Of a stretch of 13,945 nucleotides of DNA, positions 7,663-13,945 are shown piece by piece. A program made the position numbers and the translations under genes. Position 1 is the first letter of the stretch, and each line of letters begins with the position of its first letter. The notes under the pieces are model-generated. The model had not been told where the DNA came from and did no database searches. It saw nothing but the letters and a program-made list of their open reading frames with translations. The stretch comes from an uncultured Clostridia bacterium (GTDB lineage Bacteria; Bacillota; Clostridia; UMGS1810), in NCBI GenBank assembly GCA_934454585.1, contig CAKSFP010000046.1, positions 1-13,945 on the forward strand, given 5' to 3'.

Positions 7663-8985
7663 ATGGGACTTTTGAAAGCAGGAGCAGGGGCGCTTGGCGG
7701 TGTTCTGGCTGATCAATGGAGAGAATTTTTCTACTGCGAAAGTTTAGATGCCGACACACTTGTGGCAAAAGGCGAAAAACGGGTCGGAAAAAGAAGCTCC
7801 AACAAAAAAGGTGATGACAACATTATTTCAAACGGCTCAATCATTTCGATAAATGAGGGTCAGAGCATGATTATCGTGGAATCGGGCAAAATTGTTGAAT
7901 TTTGCGCCGAGGCCGGGGAGTTTGTTTATGATAATTCAACAGAGCCGAGCATTTTCTGCGGCAGTCTGGGAGAAACGGTTAAGCAAAGCTTTGCGCAGGT
8001 GGGCAAGCGTTTTACTTTCGGAGGCGAACCGGGCAAGGATCAGAGGGTTTATTATTTTAACACAAAAGAAATAACGGGAAATAAATTCGGGACTTCTTCA
8101 CCTGTGCCTTTCAGGGTAACAATAGATGAGTCTATGAATTATAAGCTGTCTGTGGATTTAAGATGCAACGGCGTGTATTCCTATAAAATAGCCGATCCTG
8201 TTATGTTTTATACAAATGTAAGCGGCAATGTGGAATATGTTTACAGCCGTTCGGAAATCGACGAAATGTTAAAGAGTGAACTGTTGGATGCTCTCAGACC
8301 CGCATTTGCACAAATTTCGGCAATGAAAATAATGTATTCCGAAATACCGGCGCACACAAAGGAAGTTACAAAGGCTCTTTCCGAGGAGCTAAAAGTTGAG
8401 TGGAAGGAAAAACGCGGAATTGAGCTTTTTGCCGTAAGCATTAACGGCGTGTCTATCCCGGAGGATCAGAGAAAGAAGATTACCGAGTGGGAGGAAAACA
8501 TTATGACAACCGACCCGAACATTGCGGCGGCGCGCATTGTCGGCGGCCAGACAGACGCCATGAGGACGGCTGCGGCAAACGAGGGCGGAATGGGAGCAAT
8601 GGGTGGATTTTTCGGAATGAATATGGCGCAAAATGCAGGCGGTATGAATGCGGGCAATCTTTTTGCGATGGGTCGGCAAGAGCAGCCTCAACAACAGGCA
8701 CAGCCGCCACAAGCGTCGGGCTGGAGCTGCGAATGCGGTCAGACGGGCAATACCGGAAAATTCTGCACAAATTGCGGAAAGCCGCAGCCGGTATCGGACG
8801 GATGGACCTGTTCGTGCGGTGCAACAAACAAGGGCAAATTCTGCCAGAACTGCGGAAATCCAAAGCCGGCGGGCGCACCGTTGTATAAATGCGACAAATG
8901 CGGCTGGGAGCCGCAGGATCCGCAAAACCCGCCGAAATTCTGTCCGGAATGCGGCGACATATTTGATGATAATGATAAACAATAA
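7663..8985 (+). CDS. SPFH/band-7 (flotillin-like, COG4260 / YdjI-like) protein with a Gly/Met/Ala/Gln-rich linker and three tandem C-terminal zinc ribbons.
   Basis: A 440-aa ORF with RBS gaGAGGAGaacattATG. The N-terminal region (MGLLKAG...IVESGKIVEFCAEAGEFVYDN...YYFNTKEITGNKFGTSSPVPFRV) is the pattern of YdjI/COG4260 'virion-core-protein-like' SPFH proteins. The low-complexity linker is GGMGAMGGFFGMNMAQNAGGMNAGN...QPQQQAQPPQ. The ribbons are WSCECG...FCTNCG, WTCSCG...FCQNCG and YKCDKCG...FCPECG. Confidence 0.85.
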   Translation: MGLLKAGAGALGGVLADQWREFFYCESLDADTLVAKGEKRVGKRSSNKKGDDNIISNGSIISINEGQSMIIVESGKIVEFCAEAGEFVYDNSTEPSIFCGSLGETVKQSFAQVGKRFTFGGEPGKDQRVYYFNTKEITGNKFGTSSPVPFRVTIDESMNYKLSVDLRCNGVYSYKIADPVMFYTNVSGNVEYVYSRSEIDEMLKSELLDALRPAFAQISAMKIMYSEIPAHTKEVTKALSEELKVEWKEKRGIELFAVSINGVSIPEDQRKKITEWEENIMTTDPNIAAARIVGGQTDAMRTAAANEGGMGAMGGFFGMNMAQNAGGMNAGNLFAMGRQEQPQQQAQPPQASGWSCECGQTGNTGKFCTNCGKPQPVSDGWTCSCGATNKGKFCQNCGNPKPAGAPLYKCDKCGWEPQDPQNPPKFCPECGDIFDDNDKQ

Positions 8986-9007
8986 AAACTCGGAGGATTC
9001 AAAGATT

Positions 9008-10165
9008 ATGAAAAAATTATTGACATTGATTTTAACAATAGTAATGATATTTACACTTGCATCGTGCGGAGGGGACAAAACAGGAAGCAGCGGAGCTAAA
9101 AAGATTGACTATGCAAATATGACAGAGGATGATTTGATAAAAAAGTTTATCAAAGATGAGCAGAACATAACCTTGGATGAATTTGTAGATCTTGCTTCCA
9201 CATATTCATACACAACAATCAATGATAAGCTTGAACTTGATGAAAATATAACAGACAAAGCAATTAAAAAGCTTAAGGACAACAAGGCAACGCTCCCCGC
9301 GGCAAAGGAGTATGTCGAGCCGCTTTTGAAAAGTGATTCACCGCAGGTAAGAGGCTATGCTTTTTCAAACATCGCCACATTTTTAGGGGCAAGTGATGCT
9401 CATGTGGCTCAAGCAAAGGAGATTTTGAAAAACGAAAAGGAGCCTTATGTTATTAAATGTGCGGTAAGGGCTCTTGGCAATGAAGGCGGCAAGGATGCGG
9501 AAATCGGCAAATTCCTGCTTGACGCGGCAAAGAATGAAAACGCAGTTGTAAGAAGACAGGCGGCGGTTTCTCTCGGAAGCACATGGAACAAAACCCTTGA
9601 CGGCGCAGTGGATGCAGAAATCGAGCTGATGAAGGATTCGGATACCGAGGTTCGCAAAGCTGCATATGAGTATGCCGGCCTGCTCGGTGATGACAGGGTG
9701 GTTGCGCCTATCTCTGAAATGCTGAAAAACGAGGCTGACGCAGACCTCCATTCAAGCGGTGTAAGAGGACTTGTTTGGCTGTGGTACGATTATCCGTCGC
9801 ACGAAAATACAAGCGAAGCGGCATACAGGGCTACAATAGACTATTTCAAAACCACACCGGGCAGCAACAAGGTTCCCGCATGGGCAGCCGTGACAAGCTT
9901 TACAAACAAATCCGAGAAGAACTATGCATCATGGAGAGAAAGAGCAACATATTTCAATACGGATGAGCTTTATGAAGTTATGCTCGGACTTGTAAAGAAC
10001 GAAAACTTGAGCCACCTGGCACGCGGCTATGCCTGCAAGCCTGTTGCGGTGCACTGCACAAAAGAGCAGTTTGAGGCTTTTGGCGAGGTTGTAAACGCTC
10101 TTACCGATAAGAATGCGAAATTTATACAGGATGAGTATCAAAATCAGGCAAAAAAGCTTGAATAG
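9008..10165 (+). CDS. HEAT-repeat (PBS-lyase-type) lipoprotein.
   Basis: The track ORF is open from 8648, but that would overlap the SPFH gene. ATG 9008 has RBS cGGAGGattcaaagattATG and gives MKKLLTLILTIVMIFTLASCGG, a lipobox. It is 385 aa. Repeated HEAT-like units include 'VRGYAFSNIATFLG', 'IKCAVRALGNEGG', 'VVRRQAAVSLGS', 'EVRKAAYEYAGLLGD'. Confidence 0.75.
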   Translation: MKKLLTLILTIVMIFTLASCGGDKTGSSGAKKIDYANMTEDDLIKKFIKDEQNITLDEFVDLASTYSYTTINDKLELDENITDKAIKKLKDNKATLPAAKEYVEPLLKSDSPQVRGYAFSNIATFLGASDAHVAQAKEILKNEKEPYVIKCAVRALGNEGGKDAEIGKFLLDAAKNENAVVRRQAAVSLGSTWNKTLDGAVDAEIELMKDSDTEVRKAAYEYAGLLGDDRVVAPISEMLKNEADADLHSSGVRGLVWLWYDYPSHENTSEAAYRATIDYFKTTPGSNKVPAWAAVTSFTNKSEKNYASWRERATYFNTDELYEVMLGLVKNENLSHLARGYACKPVAVHCTKEQFEAFGEVVNALTDKNAKFIQDEYQNQAKKLE

Positions 10166-10186
10166 CCACAGAACGGAGGAATGACT

Positions 10187-11029
10187 ATGAAAAAAATAAT
10201 CGGCGTTATACTGATTATAGGAGGCATATCCTTTGCTTTGCTTGCTGTAAAAGCTCTTGTGTCAGCGCCGCAGTCCTACGAGAAAATCAGAGCTGCGGCA
10301 ACGATTGAGGACGGCAAGGTCACTCCCGAAAATGAGGGGAAGCTTGTGGTTGTTTCGGGAACTCTTAAACCGGCAGAACAGCTCCAGGACCCGATAACGG
10401 GCGTTAAGCTTCCCGGAGTAACGGCGAAAAGAACGGTTTGGACTTATAAGCAGGATACCGGCAGCGGTGATGAAAAAGTGTGGGACTGGTACCCGGAGAA
10501 TACCGACTACAGCGAAAAGGCGAATTTTGGAATAAACGCCGAGATACTTACATCAACCATGCTTGCCGCGCCTACTTTGCTCGGTGAGTTTAAGGTGGAG
10601 AGCGAGCTGCTTAATCCCCTTATAAGAAACACCGAATTTACGCAATATGACGAGCAAAGTCTTAATGCGGGCTGGAAGGTGCTTTCGGGCGGAAAAGAAA
10701 GCCGCTACTGCGTTTCGAAAGAGAATAATTTGCCAAAGAAAACAAAGGGTATGTACTCAACGACGGGATATGGATCTCAAAAAATATCCTACGGCATCGT
10801 TTCGCCCGACGATCCGCTCGAATATACGATTATCGGCGTACAAAAAGGCGATACCCTGATAAAAAGCGAAGATGTAGATTCGGTTACAACCATTAAGGGA
10901 ATTATGACGGCACAAGAGTTTGCCGAGGAGAACAAAAAAGGCGTGCGCGGTGGTTCGATTTTCGGCATAATAGCCGGTATACTGCTTGCAGTAATCGGCG
11001 TGGGTATGCTGGCATTTCGGAGGCAGTAA
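10187..11029 (+). CDS. Bitopic/hairpin membrane protein with N- and C-terminal TM helices flanking a large (probably extracytoplasmic) domain, function unknown.
   Basis: GGAGGA (10175-10180) abuts ATG 10181 with zero spacing, so ATG 10187 (MKKIIGVILIIGGISFALLAV) is the likely start. It is 280 aa. The C-terminal TM is GGSIFGIIAGILLAVIGVGMLAF. Confidence 0.7.
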   Translation: MKKIIGVILIIGGISFALLAVKALVSAPQSYEKIRAAATIEDGKVTPENEGKLVVVSGTLKPAEQLQDPITGVKLPGVTAKRTVWTYKQDTGSGDEKVWDWYPENTDYSEKANFGINAEILTSTMLAAPTLLGEFKVESELLNPLIRNTEFTQYDEQSLNAGWKVLSGGKESRYCVSKENNLPKKTKGMYSTTGYGSQKISYGIVSPDDPLEYTIIGVQKGDTLIKSEDVDSVTTIKGIMTAQEFAEENKKGVRGGSIFGIIAGILLAVIGVGMLAFRRQ

Positions 11030-11031
11030 AA

Positions 11032-11613
11032 ATGAAAATAGACAAAAAAGTATTATCGGGCGGCGGAACATATATTTCAAGAGTGGCAATTGCAAGGCTT
11101 ACATTAAAGAAACACATACAAATGATTATAGGCGGATTCTTCACGGCGGTTTTTCTGTTTGGAATTATTTCGGGGGTTACGGGGTACAACGAAAAACTTC
11201 GTGATAACCTGATTACCAATGTAGTCATGATTGTTCCGTCCGCACTCCTTTTGTTAAACGGCATTAAAAACGGCACAATGGCGGCGCGTGCATATCGCTA
11301 TAACTCGATCTTCATGTGCGATATTGACGGCACGGTGACAATCAATGAGCTTGCAAAGCAATCCGGAAAACCGCCGTTCAAGGTACTTTCAGAACTTGAT
11401 AAGCTTTTCGGAAAAGGGGTATTCTGTGGATGTACTCTGCAAAAGCAAGGATCTCCGTGTGTTATTCTTTCGGGCAGAGAAGGCAGTAAAACAAGCTTTG
11501 TTAATGTTGTGTGTGAAAAATGCAACGGAACAACAAGAATCCGTGCCGGAAGCTCCGGTAAATGCGAGTATTGCGGAAATGCAATCTCAGACCGCAATAC
11601 CGGAGGAGTGTAA
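11032..11613 (+). CDS. Membrane protein (2 TM) with a cytoplasmic C-terminal zinc ribbon.
   Basis: A 193-aa ORF starting 3 nt after the previous stop (...cagTAAaaATG). The TM helices are MIIGGFFTAVFLFGIISGV and ITNVVMIVPSALLLL. The C-terminal motifs are CEKCNGT...CEYCGNA and CGC..SPC. Confidence 0.7.
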   Translation: MKIDKKVLSGGGTYISRVAIARLTLKKHIQMIIGGFFTAVFLFGIISGVTGYNEKLRDNLITNVVMIVPSALLLLNGIKNGTMAARAYRYNSIFMCDIDGTVTINELAKQSGKPPFKVLSELDKLFGKGVFCGCTLQKQGSPCVILSGREGSKTSFVNVVCEKCNGTTRIRAGSSGKCEYCGNAISDRNTGGV

Positions 11614-11641
11614 AATATCACATCAAAAGGAGGATATAAAT

Positions 11642-12391
11642 GTGAAAAGGACAAGACAATTTTTTTCTGTTTTACTGACACTGGCAATGCTGCTTACGCT
11701 CGTGCCCGCTGCGGTAAATGCGGCAGGCACATACCCGGCTACCTCTGCGGTTTCCGTTGACGGCAAGCTTGAAAGAGAAGCAGGCGAAAATGTCGGCAAT
11801 TATAAAATTCTCCTCGGCACGCTGGCTCTTAAAGACAACGGAGCCTTCAAAGCATCAAACTATATACTAAGCCTTGATACGACCGCAGTGTACTTTGAGA
11901 TCAAAAAAGCTCCTGCTCCGTCCGCTCCCACAGGGTTAAGCGGTATGAAGGGTAAAACGCTTGCAACCGTTTCTCTCACAGGCGGCTGGGCTTGGGCTGA
12001 CGACACGACAGTTATGAACACTGCCGGAACGCAGACCTTTAAGGCAAATTACACAGATACAACAGGCAATTATGAAAATGCGACAAATGTTGATGTAACA
12101 GTAGAAGTTATTGATAAAACGAATGTCAGCGCAAGCATCACCTTCGCCGACGGCGAGCTGACATATAACGGCGCAGGGCAGGCTTATGAAACCGCAAGCA
12201 TTTCCGGCATTACGGCAGGCGCTAACCCCGGCTGGACTTATGCTTATGTACCCTCCGGCACAGGCTCGCTCTATGCTTCGGGCAAGCCGCAGAACGCAGG
12301 CACATACACCGTAACGGCAACCTATGAGGATGATGACAATTACGGTACAAAGAGCGCCGTGCCCGAAATCAAAAAGGCTGAAACAAAATAA
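11642..12391 (+). CDS. Secreted protein with MBG-like (YGX-type) adhesin repeats. It starts at GTG.
   Basis: The track ORF runs from 11345 but overlaps the upstream gene. GTG 11642 is preceded by aaaGGAGGAtataaa and gives (M)KRTRQFFSVLLTLAMLLTLVPAAVNA, a signal peptide. It is 249 aa. The segments 'TYNGAGQAYE...NAGTYTVTATYEDDDNY...' and 'AVYFEIKKA' match MBG-domain patterns. A strong terminator follows. Confidence 0.6.
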   Translation: MKRTRQFFSVLLTLAMLLTLVPAAVNAAGTYPATSAVSVDGKLEREAGENVGNYKILLGTLALKDNGAFKASNYILSLDTTAVYFEIKKAPAPSAPTGLSGMKGKTLATVSLTGGWAWADDTTVMNTAGTQTFKANYTDTTGNYENATNVDVTVEVIDKTNVSASITFADGELTYNGAGQAYETASISGITAGANPGWTYAYVPSGTGSLYASGKPQNAGTYTVTATYEDDDNYGTKSAVPEIKKAETK

Positions 12392-12437
12392 CACTAAATA
12401 AAGATTTCCGAACAGGAAATTGGTGACGGCACAGCAT

Positions 12438-12487
12438 GCCGCCCGGCACAGAGGCAAAACGCCTTTGTTGCCGGGCGGCTTTTTTTG
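12438..12487 (+). terminator. Strong rho-independent terminator closing the 12-gene cluster.
   Basis: An 11-bp perfect GC-rich stem gccgcccggca (12438-12448) pairs with tgccgggcggc (12469-12479). The inner loop holds a mini-hairpin (aggc aaaac gcct). T7 (12480-12486) follows immediately. Confidence 0.85.
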
Positions 12488-12517
12488 ACTAAAAGGACAA
12501 ACGGGCGGATATGCTTA

Positions 12518-12538
12518 CGGCGATTAACGCCTGTTGCC
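12518..12538 (+). repeat. Left copy of a roughly 19-bp direct repeat flanking the recombinase gene (cggcgatTaacgCCTgttgcc). The right copy is at 13898-13916 (tcggcgatAaacgGttgcc).
   Basis: cggcgattaacg (12518-12529) matches cggcgataaacg (13899-13910) at 11/12 positions. Both are followed by gttgcc, with 3 extra nt in the left copy. A second partial copy, gccgataacgc, is at 12536-12546. Both copies are intergenic, one on each side of the recombinase. Confidence 0.35.
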
Positions 12539-12628
12539 GATAACGCAATATATCTGAACTATGTGTTTAATCACGATGAAGAAATTTGTAAAATCCTCTA
12601 TTGATAATCAAACCCTGTTATTTGCTGT

Positions 12629-12659
12629 TTGTGAATACTTTTAGGGAATATGATAAAAT
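12629..12659 (+). promoter_or_regulatory. Candidate sigma-70-type promoter for the recombinase gene.
   Basis: A -35-like ttgtga (12629-12634) and an extended -10 tgaTAAAAT (12651-12659) with a 19-nt spacer lie in a 30% GC region. An RBS gaaagg sits 10 nt before ATG 12684. Recurring TGATAA(A)AT motifs at 12602, 12651 and 12677 complicate the assignment. Confidence 0.25.
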
Positions 12660-12683
12660 ATATTTCTGAAAGGTCGTGATAAA

Positions 12684-13529
12684 ATGCAAGAAAGAAAAAT
12701 AACAAATGAACTTATAAAGAATTTTGAACTATATCTGTATGATGAAGAACGGAGCAACAACACGACAGAAAAATATATGCGTGATATTCGATTCTTCCGT
12801 GAATGGTTGAAAAGCAAAAGCATTGATAAATCGGTTGTTATCGAATACAAAAAAGAGCTTTGCGAAAGATATGCGGTAAGAAGCGTAAATTCCATGTTAT
12901 CTTCTGTCAACGCATTTTTTGTATTTGTTGGTTGGCATGATTTGAAAGTGAAAACATTGAAAATTCAAAGGTGTATATTTTCGGATAAGTCAAGGGAATT
13001 GTCAAAGACAGAATATGAACGGCTGCTCAATGCGGCGCAGAACCGACGAAACGATCGGCTCTATTACCTCATGCAGACTATGGCGAGCACAGGCATCCGA
13101 GTGTCGGAAGTGAAATATGTCACCTGCGAGGCTGTGCGCAACGGCATAGCAATAATAAATTGCAAAGGAAAGATACGACGGGTTTTTCTGCCGAGAGAAC
13201 TCTGCAAAATGCTGAAAGGATATATATGCAGGCAAAAAATCACCGGCGGCGCAGTGTTCGTCACGCGCAGCGGCAAACCGCTCGACCGCTGTGCCATATG
13301 GCGTATGCTAAAAGATTTATGCGACGGGGCACATGTGGACAGAAAAAAAGTTTTTCCGCACAATTTTCGTCACCTGTTCGCAAGGACTTATTATTCACTG
13401 CAGAAAGATATTGTGCGCCTGGCGGACATACTGGGACATTCGAGCATAGAGACCACCCGCATCTACACTATGGAGAGCGGCAGTGAGCACATGAGACAGT
13501 TGCAAAAACTCGGCTTGCTAAGGTGCTGA
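12684..13529 (+). CDS. Tyrosine site-specific recombinase/integrase (XerC/D-like phage-integrase family). It is small and has no arm-binding domain.
   Basis: A 281-aa ORF. The N-terminal SAM-like core-binding region reads TEKYMRDIRFFREWL. The catalytic residues fit the R..H-x-x-R..H..Y pattern: ...TGIRVSEV..., HNFRHLFA, GHSSIETTRIYT. GC is about 32% over the first 300 nt and about 50% for the rest. Confidence 0.9.
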   Translation: MQERKITNELIKNFELYLYDEERSNNTTEKYMRDIRFFREWLKSKSIDKSVVIEYKKELCERYAVRSVNSMLSSVNAFFVFVGWHDLKVKTLKIQRCIFSDKSRELSKTEYERLLNAAQNRRNDRLYYLMQTMASTGIRVSEVKYVTCEAVRNGIAIINCKGKIRRVFLPRELCKMLKGYICRQKITGGAVFVTRSGKPLDRCAIWRMLKDLCDGAHVDRKKVFPHNFRHLFARTYYSLQKDIVRLADILGHSSIETTRIYTMESGSEHMRQLQKLGLLRC

Positions 13530-13544
13530 ACGGCGAAATAAAAA

Positions 13545-13584
13545 AGACGCGCACGGCGTCTGCAACATAATAAGAATTATGTTG
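13545..13584. repeat. Two adjacent hairpins right after the recombinase stop: a GC hairpin and a 9-bp AT-rich perfect inverted repeat.
   Basis: The GC hairpin agacgc-gcacg-gcgtct (13545-13561) is preceded by an A-run, which is terminator-like when read on the minus strand. The AT inverted repeat is caacataat (13563-13571) - aaga - attatgttg (13576-13584). Confidence 0.5.
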
Positions 13585-13683
13585 TGGTTAAAAACACAAT
13601 TTACATAAGTATAACACACATTTTACCGTTTGTCAATTATTTGCGACCAATTTCGTCAATTTTTTCAACTTCAAAGCATAGTA

Positions 13684-13724
13684 AAACAGACCAATGTGTT
13701 TTCTTGGCAAGCATTGGTCTGTTT
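13684..13724. repeat. 13-bp perfect inverted repeat with a 15-nt spacer.
   Basis: aaacagaccaatg (13684-13696) is the exact reverse complement of cattggtctgttt (13712-13724). GACCAAT also occurs at 13647-13653, and direct repeats (T)GTCAATT(A)TTT occur at 13631-13643 and 13654-13666 upstream. Confidence 0.6.
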
Positions 13725-13860
13725 GCGATGCAAAAATACTTTTAGTTGCCATTTGTTTATCGTTTATTTTTTCATTACCTATCCTTAAACCGATTGCAAA
13801 ATTTCCTAAAATATTAATTGTGGTTACAGCTTATGAAAAATCACTTCACGAATCCCTCCA

Positions 13861-13945
13861 CCGCCTACGGCGGTCCCGTTCTCACCTGCCGGTTCGGTCG
13901 GCGATAAACGGTTGCCACAGGCAACCATCGCCCCTTTAGCAAGGG
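13861..13945. other. GC-rich block of consecutive or nested hairpins, truncated by the window end. Its identity is unresolved.
   Basis: The hairpins are ccgcc-tac-ggcgg (13861-13873) and gccg-gttcggt-cggc (13888-13902). The outer stem ggcgat/atcgcc (13900-13905 with 13927-13932) encloses gttgcc-acag-ggcaac (13911-13926). GC is far above the surrounding AT-rich DNA. It contains the right copy of the direct repeat. Confidence 0.3.

Noticed and set aside
8648-9007. An extended 505-aa reading of the HEAT-lipoprotein ORF starting at 8648.
   Set aside because: It would overlap the 3' third of the SPFH gene in another frame and encodes an Arg-rich low-complexity peptide. ATG 9008 has a proper RBS and yields a canonical lipoprotein signal peptide.
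11345-11641. An extended 348-aa reading of the MBG-protein ORF from 11345.
   Set aside because: It overlaps the upstream gene (to 11613) and has no RBS. GTG 11642 with an RBS gives a clean signal peptide.
12517-13872. The ACGGCG hexamer occurring four times in intergenic DNA around the integrase (12517, 13530, 13553, 13867).
   Set aside because: It is too short to be significant on its own. It is probably just part of the larger GC hairpins and direct repeats already listed.
13694-13939. A + strand 81-aa ORF in the post-integrase region.
   Set aside because: It has no SD and a low-complexity hydrophobic/Arg-rich product. It is built from the inverted-repeat and hairpin sequences, so it is more likely non-coding structural DNA.
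13850-13945. A tRNA, tmRNA or 5S rRNA gene next to the integrase.
   Set aside because: Fragments such as cgaatccctccaccgcc and ggttcgg loosely resemble T-arm/acceptor or 5S segments. No complete cloverleaf (acceptor, D, anticodon, T arms) or tmRNA/5S consensus could be assembled on either strand, so it is kept only as an unidentified structured region.
1-13945. A CRISPR array or other periodic tandem repeats.
   Set aside because: No regularly spaced direct repeats of 25-40 bp were found. The only repeats are short site-like motifs near the recombinase.

Overview
The window is a 13.9-kb chromosomal segment of about 45-50% GC. Its gene content (SLH domains, BspA-type LRR, lipoproteins, strong GGAGG ribosome-binding sites) points to a Gram-positive Clostridia-like organism; this is inference. 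Every supportable gene lies on the + strand. Positions 1-12391 hold a tightly spaced, co-directional run of 12 genes for envelope-associated proteins, closed by a strong rho-independent terminator at 12438-12487. Inside that run are three proteins whose architectures match the Bacillus PspA-associated YdjG/YdjH/YdjI trio: a double zinc-ribbon membrane protein, a TPM-domain protein, and an SPFH/band-7 protein with C-terminal zinc ribbons. Extra genes are inserted between the TPM and SPFH genes, and no pspA is visible. Zinc-ribbon (CxxC...CxxC) modules recur in at least five proteins of the cluster. After the terminator the sequence turns AT-rich and carries a small tyrosine recombinase (12684-13529). 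The first third of that gene is about 32% GC and the rest about 50%. Downstream are several hairpins, a 13-bp perfect inverted repeat, a roughly 19-bp direct repeat that flanks the recombinase gene, and a GC-rich block of nested hairpins cut by the window end. Together these look like the edge of an integrative or recombination module. No rRNA, tRNA or CRISPR array could be supported. All minus-strand ORFs in the track look like shadow ORFs.
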